The notes under the pieces are model-generated. The model was not told the DNA's origin. It saw only the letters and a list, made by a program, of their open reading frames with translations, and ran no database searches. Below, piece after piece: positions 1 to 8,550 of a stretch of DNA of 64,000 nucleotides (position 1 is its first letter; every line of letters begins with the position of its first letter). The position numbers were made by a program, and so were the translations under genes. Source of the stretch: Dehalococcoidia bacterium (GTDB taxonomy: Bacteria; Chloroflexota; Dehalococcoidia; SM23-28-2; RBG-16-64-32); NCBI GenBank assembly GCA_963665775.2, contig CAXXTF010000002.1, positions 224,001-288,000 on the forward strand, read 5' to 3'.

Positions 1-297
1 TATCCCTGCTAATCCTGAGCGGAGCGATCCAGAAACCGCCTCAATAGTTCGAGTTGGTCGTCGCCGGGTTCGGCGAGGTCAAAGGCCCCGACATAGCTAA
101 TCGTGTCGCCATCCTGAGGAATATAGCCGCCCCAACCGGGCACCCTGCGGAACTTCGCATTTGGCGCAGCCGCCGTCAAGCTATGCGCACCTGTGGGGGC
201 TCAAAATACGCGCTGATACCCCCGACGTTCGATTTGGCTGCTTAGTACCCGCTGCTCGGCCACCTGGTGGGCCTCGCTCCAAGGCCCAGGGGAAGGG

Positions 298-317
298 ACA
301 CTATTCAGCCATAGCGT
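298..317. repeat. Palindromic 7-6-7 putative recombination site (ACACTAT-tcagcc-ATAGCGT)
   Basis: Inverted arms around a 6-bp spacer; 19 bp (303-321) identical to 28225-28243. Confidence 0.7.
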
Positions 318-521
318 GCGGCTTCGTGGTATGAGCCGCAGCAGGCCGGCCCAGAATCCTCACAACGTCTTGTACCAAGATCTCGTCGTTCGCCTTCGAA
401 TGATTTTCTTGTCAAAGAACCCCAATAAGTTAGCGCTACTATAGCTTGTCTCAATTGACCGTATATGATATATGCCTAACATCAGCCTTAGAGTGGGCTG
501 ACGTTCACGTAAGGAGTTACC

Positions 522-2327
522 ATGGAAGAGAAAAACGGTTACTGGCAACGATACTGGCGCAGGAGGCTGACCCGGCGCACTTTGCTACGCGGCACGGCGC
601 TGGGCGCAGCCGGCCTGACGGCAGCGGCAATCGTCGGTTGCGGGGATGATGAAGAGGGGGTGGCGAGCCCGACGGCGACCCCTGCCGCCACGACTCCTTC
701 TGCCACGACGCCTTCCGCCACGGCGACACCGGTGATCAAGCGGGGCGGCCTCCTACGAATAGCCAACCGTTCACCGATCGCCTCCTTTGACCCTAACAGG
801 TCCACCGGCGGCGGGTCGCTGAACACCTTGGATCTCATTTACAGCCGGCTATTCAAGATGGCCTCGGGGCCCGGTACCCCGGTGTGGACGAGCAAGACGG
901 AAGGGGACTTGGTCAAGTCCTCCGATATCTCCCCCGACGGGCTCGTCTATACCTTCAAGCTCAGGGATAACGTAATGTTCCACCCACCCGTGAGCCGGCT
1001 CATGACAGCCGACGACGTGATTTTCTCCTGGCGACGTTTCAAGGGGGAGATTCCCGGCACTGAACCCGCCGCCGAAGTACAAAGACTTGCCTTTGTCAAA
1101 TCGGTGGAAAAGGTCGACGGCCTGACCGTACGCTTCACTTTGGACGAGCCCATCGGCACTCTCTTTGCCCAGCTCGTAAACCCCCACAGCCTGGCCATCT
1201 TTCCCCAGGAGATCGGCACGGCCTTCGACTCGGCGACGGAGGCAGCGGGGTCGGGACCGTTCATGCTTGAGAAGCACGACATCGGCAGCGTGGTCACTGT
1301 CCGTAGGAACCCCGATTGGCACTTTGGGCCCGATAAGCCCTACCTGGATGGGATCGAGCAGTTCATCATCCCTGAGTACGCCACCCAGTTCACCCAATTC
1401 CTTGGCGGAAATCTTGACCGGCTGACGGCCGTGCGGCCTACGGACTTAAAGCGAGTGATGGACACGGTGGAGGACGTGGTACTGGACATCTATTCCGGAG
1501 GATCGGTGCACGTTGTCGCCTTCTCCGGGAACGAGCCGGCGGCTCCCTGGACAAACCCGCTGGTGCGGCAGGCCCTCTCCATGGCCATCGATCGCGAGAC
1601 CATGGCCGAGGCCGCCTACGACTACACGGGTCTCAAGGCCCTGGGTATAGACGTTGAACCCGTCATAAATAACTTCTTCCCTTCGGGATACACGGACTAT
1701 TGGCTTAACCCACGAGGCACCGTGATTAAGCCGGAGAACGCCCGCTTCTTTAGCTTCGACCAAGAGGGGGCCAAGAACCTCCTGGCGCAAGCCGGCTATG
1801 GGGACGGATTCAGTGCTAAGTTCCACTATGTTACGACCTTCCCCTCGGAATACACGAAGATGGCCGAGCTGATGGTCCAGTATTGGGGCCAGATCGGAAT
1901 CAATTTTACACTGAGTGCGATCGACTACAGTGCTGACTACGCCCCAAAGATTCGCAAAGGTGACTTCGAAGGCCTGGCCTATATCATAGCGGGCGGCTCG
2001 CCCGACCCGGTGGATTTAGTGTCATTCATGTATGCTAAGGACGGCCCGCGCAATCCTAGCCGGGTCGACGACCTCGCCATCCAGGCCGCAATCAAGAAGA
2101 TCCAGCTTAATCCAAGTGAGGCCGAGCGGATTCAAGGATCCCTGGACCTGCAGAACGGACTCCTGCCTGAGAATATGTACTACATACCGACTCCAGGGGG
2201 CTCGGGCCCCGTGATTAACGCTAACCAAGCGTACATGAGAAACGTAATAGAGTATCACACGGTTGGAGGTTCGGGCGTCTACACAAACTCGGTCAACTTC
2301 CCCAACTTCTGGAGGGCCGACGTTTAG
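522..2327 (+). CDS. Peptide/nickel ABC transporter substrate-binding lipoprotein (family 5), Tat-type signal
   Basis: TRRTLL twin-Arg motif, IVGC lipobox, P/T linker, GSGPF and VRQALSMAIDR motifs; GGAG RBS. Confidence 0.92.
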   Translation: MEEKNGYWQRYWRRRLTRRTLLRGTALGAAGLTAAAIVGCGDDEEGVASPTATPAATTPSATTPSATATPVIKRGGLLRIANRSPIASFDPNRSTGGGSLNTLDLIYSRLFKMASGPGTPVWTSKTEGDLVKSSDISPDGLVYTFKLRDNVMFHPPVSRLMTADDVIFSWRRFKGEIPGTEPAAEVQRLAFVKSVEKVDGLTVRFTLDEPIGTLFAQLVNPHSLAIFPQEIGTAFDSATEAAGSGPFMLEKHDIGSVVTVRRNPDWHFGPDKPYLDGIEQFIIPEYATQFTQFLGGNLDRLTAVRPTDLKRVMDTVEDVVLDIYSGGSVHVVAFSGNEPAAPWTNPLVRQALSMAIDRETMAEAAYDYTGLKALGIDVEPVINNFFPSGYTDYWLNPRGTVIKPENARFFSFDQEGAKNLLAQAGYGDGFSAKFHYVTTFPSEYTKMAELMVQYWGQIGINFTLSAIDYSADYAPKIRKGDFEGLAYIIAGGSPDPVDLVSFMYAKDGPRNPSRVDDLAIQAAIKKIQLNPSEAERIQGSLDLQNGLLPENMYYIPTPGGSGPVINANQAYMRNVIEYHTVGGSGVYTNSVNFPNFWRADV

Positions 2328-2462
2328 AAGGGCCTTCAGCGGGGTATTTATGGAGCAAAGTGGCAGCATCTCCTTCTACCTAGCAAGGGCGGTGTAGACT
2401 ACCCGTGCTTCTGGAGGGCCGACGGCGAGAAGGGGTCCGGGTAGGACACCCAAAGGAGTTCA

Positions 2463-3410
2463 GTGCAGCGTTACTTAGCTAGACGGCTTCTCCTGGTGAT
2501 CGTGACCCTGATCGGGGTGTCGATGGTGGTGTTTATGGCCGTCCGCTTCTTGCCGGGGGACGTTGTTGTACAGCTAGCTGCGGAGCTGGGCGCCTCTCCC
2601 GAGTTCCGTGCGGCCATAGAAAAGAAGTATTCCCTGGGCGAGAACCTTCCCCAGCAGTACTTTGAATGGGCGGGCGATGTCCTATCCGGCGACCTGGGAA
2701 CCTCAATCATTAGCACTCGGCCCGTCGTAGATGAGCTGAAGGTCCGGCTGCCGCCTACTTTCCAGCTCGGCCTGATGGCCATGACCATCGCGCTGATCAT
2801 CTCCCTGCCGGTGGGCATTCTTTCCGCCATCCGTCAGGATTCTTTTATCGACTTTGTGGCCCGCAGCTTCGCTATCGGCCTGCTGGCGACGCCCAGCTTC
2901 TGGATCGGCCTCCTGGCCATCAGCTACGGGTTCATCTGGTTGGGCTGGACGCCGCCGTTGCGGTATCACAATCTGTGGGAGGACCCGGTGGCCAACATTA
3001 AGCTAATGTGGGTGCCGGCCCTCATCCTAGGCACTCACATAACTGGTACGGTCATGCGCCTGACCCGTTCGACGATGCTCGAAGTCCTCCGCCAGGACTA
3101 CATTCGGACTGCTTGGTCCAAGGGCCTTCGGGAGCGCGTCATTGTCACCCGGCACGCGCTGCGCAACGCTATTATCCCGGTGATTACTGTCATCGGTATG
3201 CAAGTCCCACTGCTGTTGGGTGGTACGGTTATCCTGGAATTCATCTTCTCGATCCCGGGAATGGGTAGTTACTTCTTGCTCTCCATTCAGCTAAGGGATT
3301 ATCCAGTGGTGCAGATCGTTGTCTTGATCTCGGCCGTGGCCGTAGTTATGAGCAATCTCGTCGTCGATCTGGCCTATTCGCTCTTCGATCCGCGGGTTCG
3401 TTACGCGTAG
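2463..3410 (+). CDS. ABC transporter permease, DppB/OppB family
   Basis: GDLGTS, DYIRTAWSKGL, RHALRNA and DPR motifs. Confidence 0.93.
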   Translation: MQRYLARRLLLVIVTLIGVSMVVFMAVRFLPGDVVVQLAAELGASPEFRAAIEKKYSLGENLPQQYFEWAGDVLSGDLGTSIISTRPVVDELKVRLPPTFQLGLMAMTIALIISLPVGILSAIRQDSFIDFVARSFAIGLLATPSFWIGLLAISYGFIWLGWTPPLRYHNLWEDPVANIKLMWVPALILGTHITGTVMRLTRSTMLEVLRQDYIRTAWSKGLRERVIVTRHALRNAIIPVITVIGMQVPLLLGGTVILEFIFSIPGMGSYFLLSIQLRDYPVVQIVVLISAVAVVMSNLVVDLAYSLFDPRVRYA

Positions 3411-3415
3411 AAGTC

Positions 3416-4312
3416 ATGGCTAGCGAATCGACTGTCTTAAAAGAGATCAGCCGTCCGGTCGATCTTACCCGCTGGGCAAAGGGGCTGTTACGTTTCGCCA
3501 GGCAGAAACCGCTCGGCACTTTCGGGGCCGTTGTTATCCTTATATTCCTCCTAGCGGCAGCGTTCGCAGACGTCGTAGCGCCCTATCGCTTCGACGACTT
3601 CGACATTCCGGGACGCTTCAGCGCGCCCAGCATCCACCACTTCTTTGGCACCGATGACCAGGGACGTGACGTTTTCAGTCGTATAATCTACGGGGCCCGC
3701 ACATCGGTCTTCACCGGCTTTGGGGTGGTGGCCATAACGACGGTGCTGGCCACTACCATCGGAATAATCTCCGGCTATTACGGCGGACTGGTCGACCTCA
3801 TCATGCAGCGCCTGGTCGATGTCTGGATGTCGTTTCCCGCGTTGGTCTTCCTTATTTTGTTTGCGTCGATCGTTGGGACGAGCATATTAACGCTCACCCT
3901 CGTGATATCCGTTCTGTTTGTGGCCCGCTCCTCACGGGTCATACGCAGCGCCACGCTGACGATCAAGGAAAATACGTACGTTGATGCTGCCAGAGTCCTC
4001 GGCTGCCGTGACATGCGCATCGTGCTACGTCACATTCTGCCGAACGTGGTTCCCATCATCCTCATTACAGCCTCTATCCAGATAGGTGCTGTCATCCTGA
4101 TCGAGTCGTCGCTATCTTTCCTTGGCTATGGTATTCCGCCCCCCTTCCCTTCCTGGGGCCGTATGCTTAACGAATCCCGGCTCGACATGATAAATCACCC
4201 GTACCTAGCCCTATTTCCAGGAGCAGCGATCGCTCTTACGGTGTATGCGTTCAACATGTTTGGCGACGCCCTGCGGGATGTACTGGATCCCCGTATGCGC
4301 GGATCAAGTTGA
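3416..4312 (+). CDS. ABC transporter permease, DppC/OppC family
   Basis: GTDDQGRDVFSR, YVDAARVLG, PSWG and GDALRDVLDP motifs. Confidence 0.93.
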   Translation: MASESTVLKEISRPVDLTRWAKGLLRFARQKPLGTFGAVVILIFLLAAAFADVVAPYRFDDFDIPGRFSAPSIHHFFGTDDQGRDVFSRIIYGARTSVFTGFGVVAITTVLATTIGIISGYYGGLVDLIMQRLVDVWMSFPALVFLILFASIVGTSILTLTLVISVLFVARSSRVIRSATLTIKENTYVDAARVLGCRDMRIVLRHILPNVVPIILITASIQIGAVILIESSLSFLGYGIPPPFPSWGRMLNESRLDMINHPYLALFPGAAIALTVYAFNMFGDALRDVLDPRMRGSS

Positions 4313-4932
4313 GGCAATGCATCCCTGTTTCTCGCTGACCCCTTTACCATCGGAGCCGGATGGTGGATGCCCTAGAGGTCTAGCCGCTCCGCCCTTGCCA
4401 GCCGGATGGGAGAGTGGGCACGGTTGCCGGATCCACGATCCGGGCCGCTATCCACCCGGCCCTCCAGATACGCTCTGCTCCGGGCAACAAGGCGGAACGA
4501 AGTCTGTGCCACACATTACGATGTTGACAGGAGGCGGTCTGGGAGTATTCTGGTTCCGCTAAGACACCTCTAACCACATCCGGTACTTATACGCCCAGGA
4601 ATTAAAGTAGCGCCAATAGGCCAGCGAGGCTGGGGGATGTCTCTCCTACGCGCAGCGCTGGCCGTCTCACGCGACCTGGGCATCCGCCCCCTCGTGGTGC
4701 GAGTCCTCTCCCAGCGAGATCCCGTCTCCGACTTAAACCCAATGCGTCTGAATCCTGACCGTAACGGAGTGCGTTTTCCTCGGGGTTCCTGAATCTGCGC
4801 CGTCGCGCCTAGAGCTAGATGCTTGGCAAGCAATCGGTCTAGACCGATTGACCTGTTTAGATACGGAACAGGTTCTGCCGATATCTCGGCACTCAAGCAA
4901 GCCACGAATGGTCATCGTCGTGATTCATGGTG

Positions 4933-4952
4933 ACACCATTAACTCATAGTGT
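4933..4952. repeat. Palindromic 7-6-7 site (ACACCAT-taactc-ATAGTGT)
   Basis: Same spacer and right arm as 29678-29697; A/B homology starts here. Confidence 0.75.
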
Positions 4953-4997
4953 CGTCGAGTCGTCGGCACTGGAGGGGGCCTGACGTAACATGGGGCC

Positions 4998-5243
4998 GTG
5001 GGCGATTGCGCATTCTGTGGCCGCAGGCCCGCTCCAGACTTTGCCGTGACTGCATGCGCCAGCGATCCGGAAGACGGTTCTTCGCACTGGCGGCGGGAGG
5101 TCTTGCCGGTCTGCCTGCGCTGCCACCGAGCGCTGGCGCATGCGGGTCCTGAAGGGCGGAAGCTGAAGACGACGGGTGAGCGCTGGTGGCTCGGGCACGG
5201 GCATGGGCAGATTGAGTCGAAAGGAGCGCCAAGCGCGAAGTGA
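4998..5243 (+). CDS. Small CxxC...CxxC (putative Zn-binding) protein, element A copy
   Basis: CAFC and CLRC motifs; near-identical paralog at 29743-29985. Confidence 0.65.
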   Translation: MGDCAFCGRRPAPDFAVTACASDPEDGSSHWRREVLPVCLRCHRALAHAGPEGRKLKTTGERWWLGHGHGQIESKGAPSAK

Positions 5244-5300
5244 TTGCCTTCCGGTGGTACACTCTGATTCCTATCGGACGGGCCAGAGGGAGGCCGAGTT

Positions 5301-5387
5301 ATGAGAGGGTGGGCCATCTGGGGGGCGACGGTGGCGATACTGCTGCTGGGCAACGCTATCGTCTGGCTGATGGTGGCTAATCCGTGA
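5301..5387 (+). CDS. 28-aa hydrophobic single-TM peptide (MRGWAIWGATVAILLLGNAIVWLMVANP)
   Basis: GGAGG RBS; frame conserved at 32716-32802, including synonymous changes. Confidence 0.5.
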   Translation: MRGWAIWGATVAILLLGNAIVWLMVANP

Positions 5388-5457
5388 ATTGGTCCTTGAA
5401 CGGTCTCGGCTCCAGGCTAGAGTCTGAGCGTTCTGGCACCATGGCCAAAATCGTGAT

Positions 5458-6369
5458 TCACATACCAGTGTCCAGACCCCTTTCCGCTTCTGCTTTCAGG
5501 ACCTCCAAGAGGTGCCCGCCCAACTCCCCCATCTCTCGATCATAGGAAACCGGCACCCAGTCCGCTGGGTCCTCTCGGATACGCCTCGCGGATTCAGCGT
5601 CTTCCTCAACCTCTTCCCACACGAGCGCCCGGGCCTTATCCACCGGGAAGACGCTCTCCCGTCGCCAGGCATTGCTGGGCGAAGCGCCATCCTTCATCTC
5701 GTCGAGTAGGTCCTCGATCAAGGGCCGGTCGTACTCCGAGATCTGCCTGACAATGCCGGTGGCGAACCCTTCAGCGAAGTCGAGCCCGATCGCCCTGCTC
5801 TCGTCGACCAAGTAGCCGTAGATCGCCTTCACGTCGCCCGCTAGTCGGCGGGCGCGGCCGATATGAAACTCCAGCGCCTCCGCTATCCGCTCATCGAGCT
5901 GAATGCCGCCCTTCTTGCCGAATGGCGATCGTTCTTTATTGCCCCAGATGCCCAGGCGGACGGTGCCGACGGTGACTCGCAGTTCCAACGGTTCGCCGGG
6001 CTTGAGGTTAGGATTCTTCACCAGCAGGGCGTCGGCGACGGCGGGGTCGAAGACGATGGCCTCCTCCAACTCGACGAGCGCCCGCTCGAACCAGAGGATG
6101 CGGTCCCGCAACAGGAGCTGCCTCCGAGCTTGGTCGACAAGCCGGGTCAGAAGATCCAGGTTCTCCAGGAGCGACTTGTATCGGCCGATTACGGTGTTGT
6201 AGCGGGTGCCTTCCTGGGGGTTCAGCGCCCGAACCATTTTGTGGCGGTCGCCCGGCGAGAGCACCGGCTCCTTGCGGAGGCCATCCTCGATGTCCAGGCG
6301 CGCCTTCTTTTCTGGCGACAGGCCGCTAATGATCTCTTGCAGGCGCTTCTCTGGCGACGTCATGGGCAC
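5458..6369 (-). CDS. Conserved hypothetical core protein, element A
   Basis: Full-length paralog at 32873-33778. Confidence 0.8.
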   Translation of the reverse strand: MPMTSPEKRLQEIISGLSPEKKARLDIEDGLRKEPVLSPGDRHKMVRALNPQEGTRYNTVIGRYKSLLENLDLLTRLVDQARRQLLLRDRILWFERALVELEEAIVFDPAVADALLVKNPNLKPGEPLELRVTVGTVRLGIWGNKERSPFGKKGGIQLDERIAEALEFHIGRARRLAGDVKAIYGYLVDESRAIGLDFAEGFATGIVRQISEYDRPLIEDLLDEMKDGASPSNAWRRESVFPVDKARALVWEEVEEDAESARRIREDPADWVPVSYDREMGELGGHLLEVLKAEAERGLDTGM

Positions 6370-6756
6370 CTATCCTCTCGGCTTCCTCCGGACGCTGTCC
6401 TCCAGGGCTCGCAGCCGTTCATCGAGGGTGCCTTTCTCCAGGAGGTTAACGCTTACTTGGGCCAGGTAGGCCAGGGTGCGGGAGCGTGCGATCGAGTTTT
6501 CTTGCGACAGGGTGTCTACGACTGCGACTTCGATGAGCCTTCGGATCTGGCCGACGGTCTCCAGCCCTTCGATGTCATAGGCGCTGGAGACGGCCTTCTC
6601 CTTGCGTCTGCGAAGGCCGCCCAGCCGCCTGGCCTCTGTCACCTCCTCGGCGTGGTCCGGCGAGTGCCAGAGGCAGAGGTCGCCGTCCTGCAAGGGAGCG
6701 GCCCGACAGGGTGTACCGTCGTCTTTGACGAACTTACAGGTACGAGCCGCCACCAT
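6370..6756 (-). CDS. Zn-finger (C..C..C..H) helical protein, element A
   Basis: CKFVKDDGTPC...CLWH; paralog at 33786-34163. Confidence 0.8.
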   Translation of the reverse strand: MVAARTCKFVKDDGTPCRAAPLQDGDLCLWHSPDHAEEVTEARRLGGLRRRKEKAVSSAYDIEGLETVGQIRRLIEVAVVDTLSQENSIARSRTLAYLAQVSVNLLEKGTLDERLRALEDSVRRKPRG

Positions 6757-6861
6757 TGACCACCTCTGCTAATCGGGGCCCTCGAAACGAGGCAGACCCC
6801 CGGAGGGGCCTGCCGTGCGCGCTATTCGGTTGTTGTGGGAAGTTCAGGCGGTCTCGAAGTC

Positions 6862-7251
6862 CTACGGCCAGTGGCCCTTGGGGCACCCCTGTGGCTCGAC
6901 GCCCTCCGGCGCCTGGAAGGGCTCCTGGCAGGCCGAGCAGAAGAAGAGTCCGTCCTCTAGATGGCTGATCAGGCCGTTGACCCGGTTGCCGTTGGACTTT
7001 GATGGCTTGATGGCTGCCTTCTTCGGCTTGGCCTCCTCGCTGCCAGCCAGGCTCCAGAAGCGCCAGCCGTTGCAGGACTTGCCGCCCATGACGGCGCTGC
7101 CGGCGGAAGATGGGCTGCTGTACTCGTGGCCGTCCTTCAGCCGGTAGCGGATACCGTCGTCTGCTTCGACCACCTCCGCCGTATACTCCTGGCCCTTGTA
7201 GCGGGCCACGAGACGCGTTCCAGGTGGTAGGTTCCTGTTCTCGATGGGCAT
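6862..7251 (-). CDS. RAMA/DUF2924-like protein with C-terminal Zn ribbon
   Basis: YSSPSSAG..V.G..CNGWRFW motif; CSAC...CPKGH; RBS before MPIEN. Confidence 0.7.
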   Translation of the reverse strand: MPIENRNLPPGTRLVARYKGQEYTAEVVEADDGIRYRLKDGHEYSSPSSAGSAVMGGKSCNGWRFWSLAGSEEAKPKKAAIKPSKSNGNRVNGLISHLEDGLFFCSACQEPFQAPEGVEPQGCPKGHWP

Positions 7252-7278
7252 GACGCCCCTCCTCTGAACTTGGTGCTC

Positions 7279-7309
7279 CATAACTCACTCTGGCCGGGAA
7301 CGAAGTCAA
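7279..7309 (-). promoter_or_regulatory. Promoter-like motif TTGACTT-N9/10-CWGAGYGA
   Basis: Recurs at 17021-17049 and 34708-34738, each just upstream of a minus-strand gene. Confidence 0.5.
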
Positions 7310-8550
7310 CGGGTCTTCCCCTCCTTCTCGGCCTTAAGGCCGGTGAATGACTCCCAACGGGCGATCGCTATCCGGCAATAGTGTGGGTCCAGTTCTAGGC
7401 CATAGCAGACCCTCCCTGTCCGCTCGGCGGCGATGAGGGTGGTGCCGGAACCGAGGAAGAGATCGAGGACGATGTCGCCCGGTCGGCTGCTGTTCTCGAT
7501 GGCCCGCTCCACCAGGGCCAGTGGCTTCATCGTGGGGTGCAGCTCCGACTCCGATGGGCGGGGGATCGTCCAAACGTCACCCTGATCGCGGTCGCCGCAC
7601 CAGTGGTGCGCGGCTCCCTCCCGCCAGCCGTACCAGATGGGCTCGTAAGCGCGCTGGTAGTCAGCCCGGCCGAGGGTGAAGCGATCCTTGGCCCAGATAA
7701 TGGTGTCCGACCAGTGGCCGCCAAGTTCCTCCAGGACACGGGAAACTGTCGGCCACTCCTTCGTGGACATGCAGACGTAGAGGGCTCCCTCGACACTGGT
7801 CAAGAGATTCTTGGCCCAAGCCCGGCAGAACGCCTCCCACTCTTCAGGCTCAAGAGCGTCGTTCTTGATTCGGCGCTTGCGGGTGCCGCGCTGCTGGCCA
7901 CCGTGGTCCCCATAGCTCACGTTGTACGGCGGGTCCGTGAAGGCCAAGGAGGCCTGCCGTGTGTCTGCCAGGCGGCCAACGTCGCCGCCCTCGGTAGCAT
8001 CGCCGCACATGATGCGATGGTCGCCGAGTTGCCAGACCTCGCCGCGCTCAACGCCAGGGTCTGGTTGGGCTGCCTCCAGGGCTGCATCGAGGTCAAACGA
8101 CTCGGGGCGGTTCCGTTTCTCGCGGCTGTCGAGGGTGCGGAGCAGGTTCTTGATTTCGTCCTCCGCGAAGCCGGTGAGAGTAATGTCGACATCGGGGGTG
8201 TCCTGGAGATCGGCGAGAAGGCGGGCCAGTAGCTCCTGGTCCCAGTCACCGGCGATGCTGTTGAGAGCCAGGTTCAGGAGCTTGGCCTGCTCGGTAGTAA
8301 TGTTGAGGTAGATGACCGGCACCGTGTCTAGGCCGAGCCGGCGGGCAGCGAGGAGGCGCTGGTGACCGCCGATGACCACCGAGTCCTGGCGCCGGGCGAT
8401 GATGGGGTCAACTAGGCCAAACTCCCGGATGCTGCGGGTGAGCGCATCCAGTTCGGTATCAGAGATGCGGCGGGGGTTAAAGGGGTCGGGGCGCAGATCT
8501 TCAACGCATACGTAATCGACCTCAAGCTCGTCACGAATGCTGCTGGGCAT
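7306..8550 (-). CDS. ParB/Srx-N domain fused to N6/N4 DNA methyltransferase, element A
   Basis: NPR and GHQRL ParB motifs; DPPY, HPTMKP and DLFLGSGTT motifs. Confidence 0.92.
   Translation of the reverse strand: MPSSIRDELEVDYVCVEDLRPDPFNPRRISDTELDALTRSIREFGLVDPIIARRQDSVVIGGHQRLLAARRLGLDTVPVIYLNITTEQAKLLNLALNSIAGDWDQELLARLLADLQDTPDVDITLTGFAEDEIKNLLRTLDSREKRNRPESFDLDAALEAAQPDPGVERGEVWQLGDHRIMCGDATEGGDVGRLADTRQASLAFTDPPYNVSYGDHGGQQRGTRKRRIKNDALEPEEWEAFCRAWAKNLLTSVEGALYVCMSTKEWPTVSRVLEELGGHWSDTIIWAKDRFTLGRADYQRAYEPIWYGWREGAAHHWCGDRDQGDVWTIPRPSESELHPTMKPLALVERAIENSSRPGDIVLDLFLGSGTTLIAAERTGRVCYGLELDPHYCRIAIARWESFTGLKAEKEGKTR

Noticed and set aside
4929-4939. Resemblance of the site's left arm to the SP6 promoter (GGTGACACTAT)
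   Set aside because: Partial match only and no phage RNA polymerase; the palindromic context explains it better.
4933-8550. A/B duplication as an assembly artefact
   Set aside because: The copies are clearly diverged, with many synonymous changes, indels and different primases.
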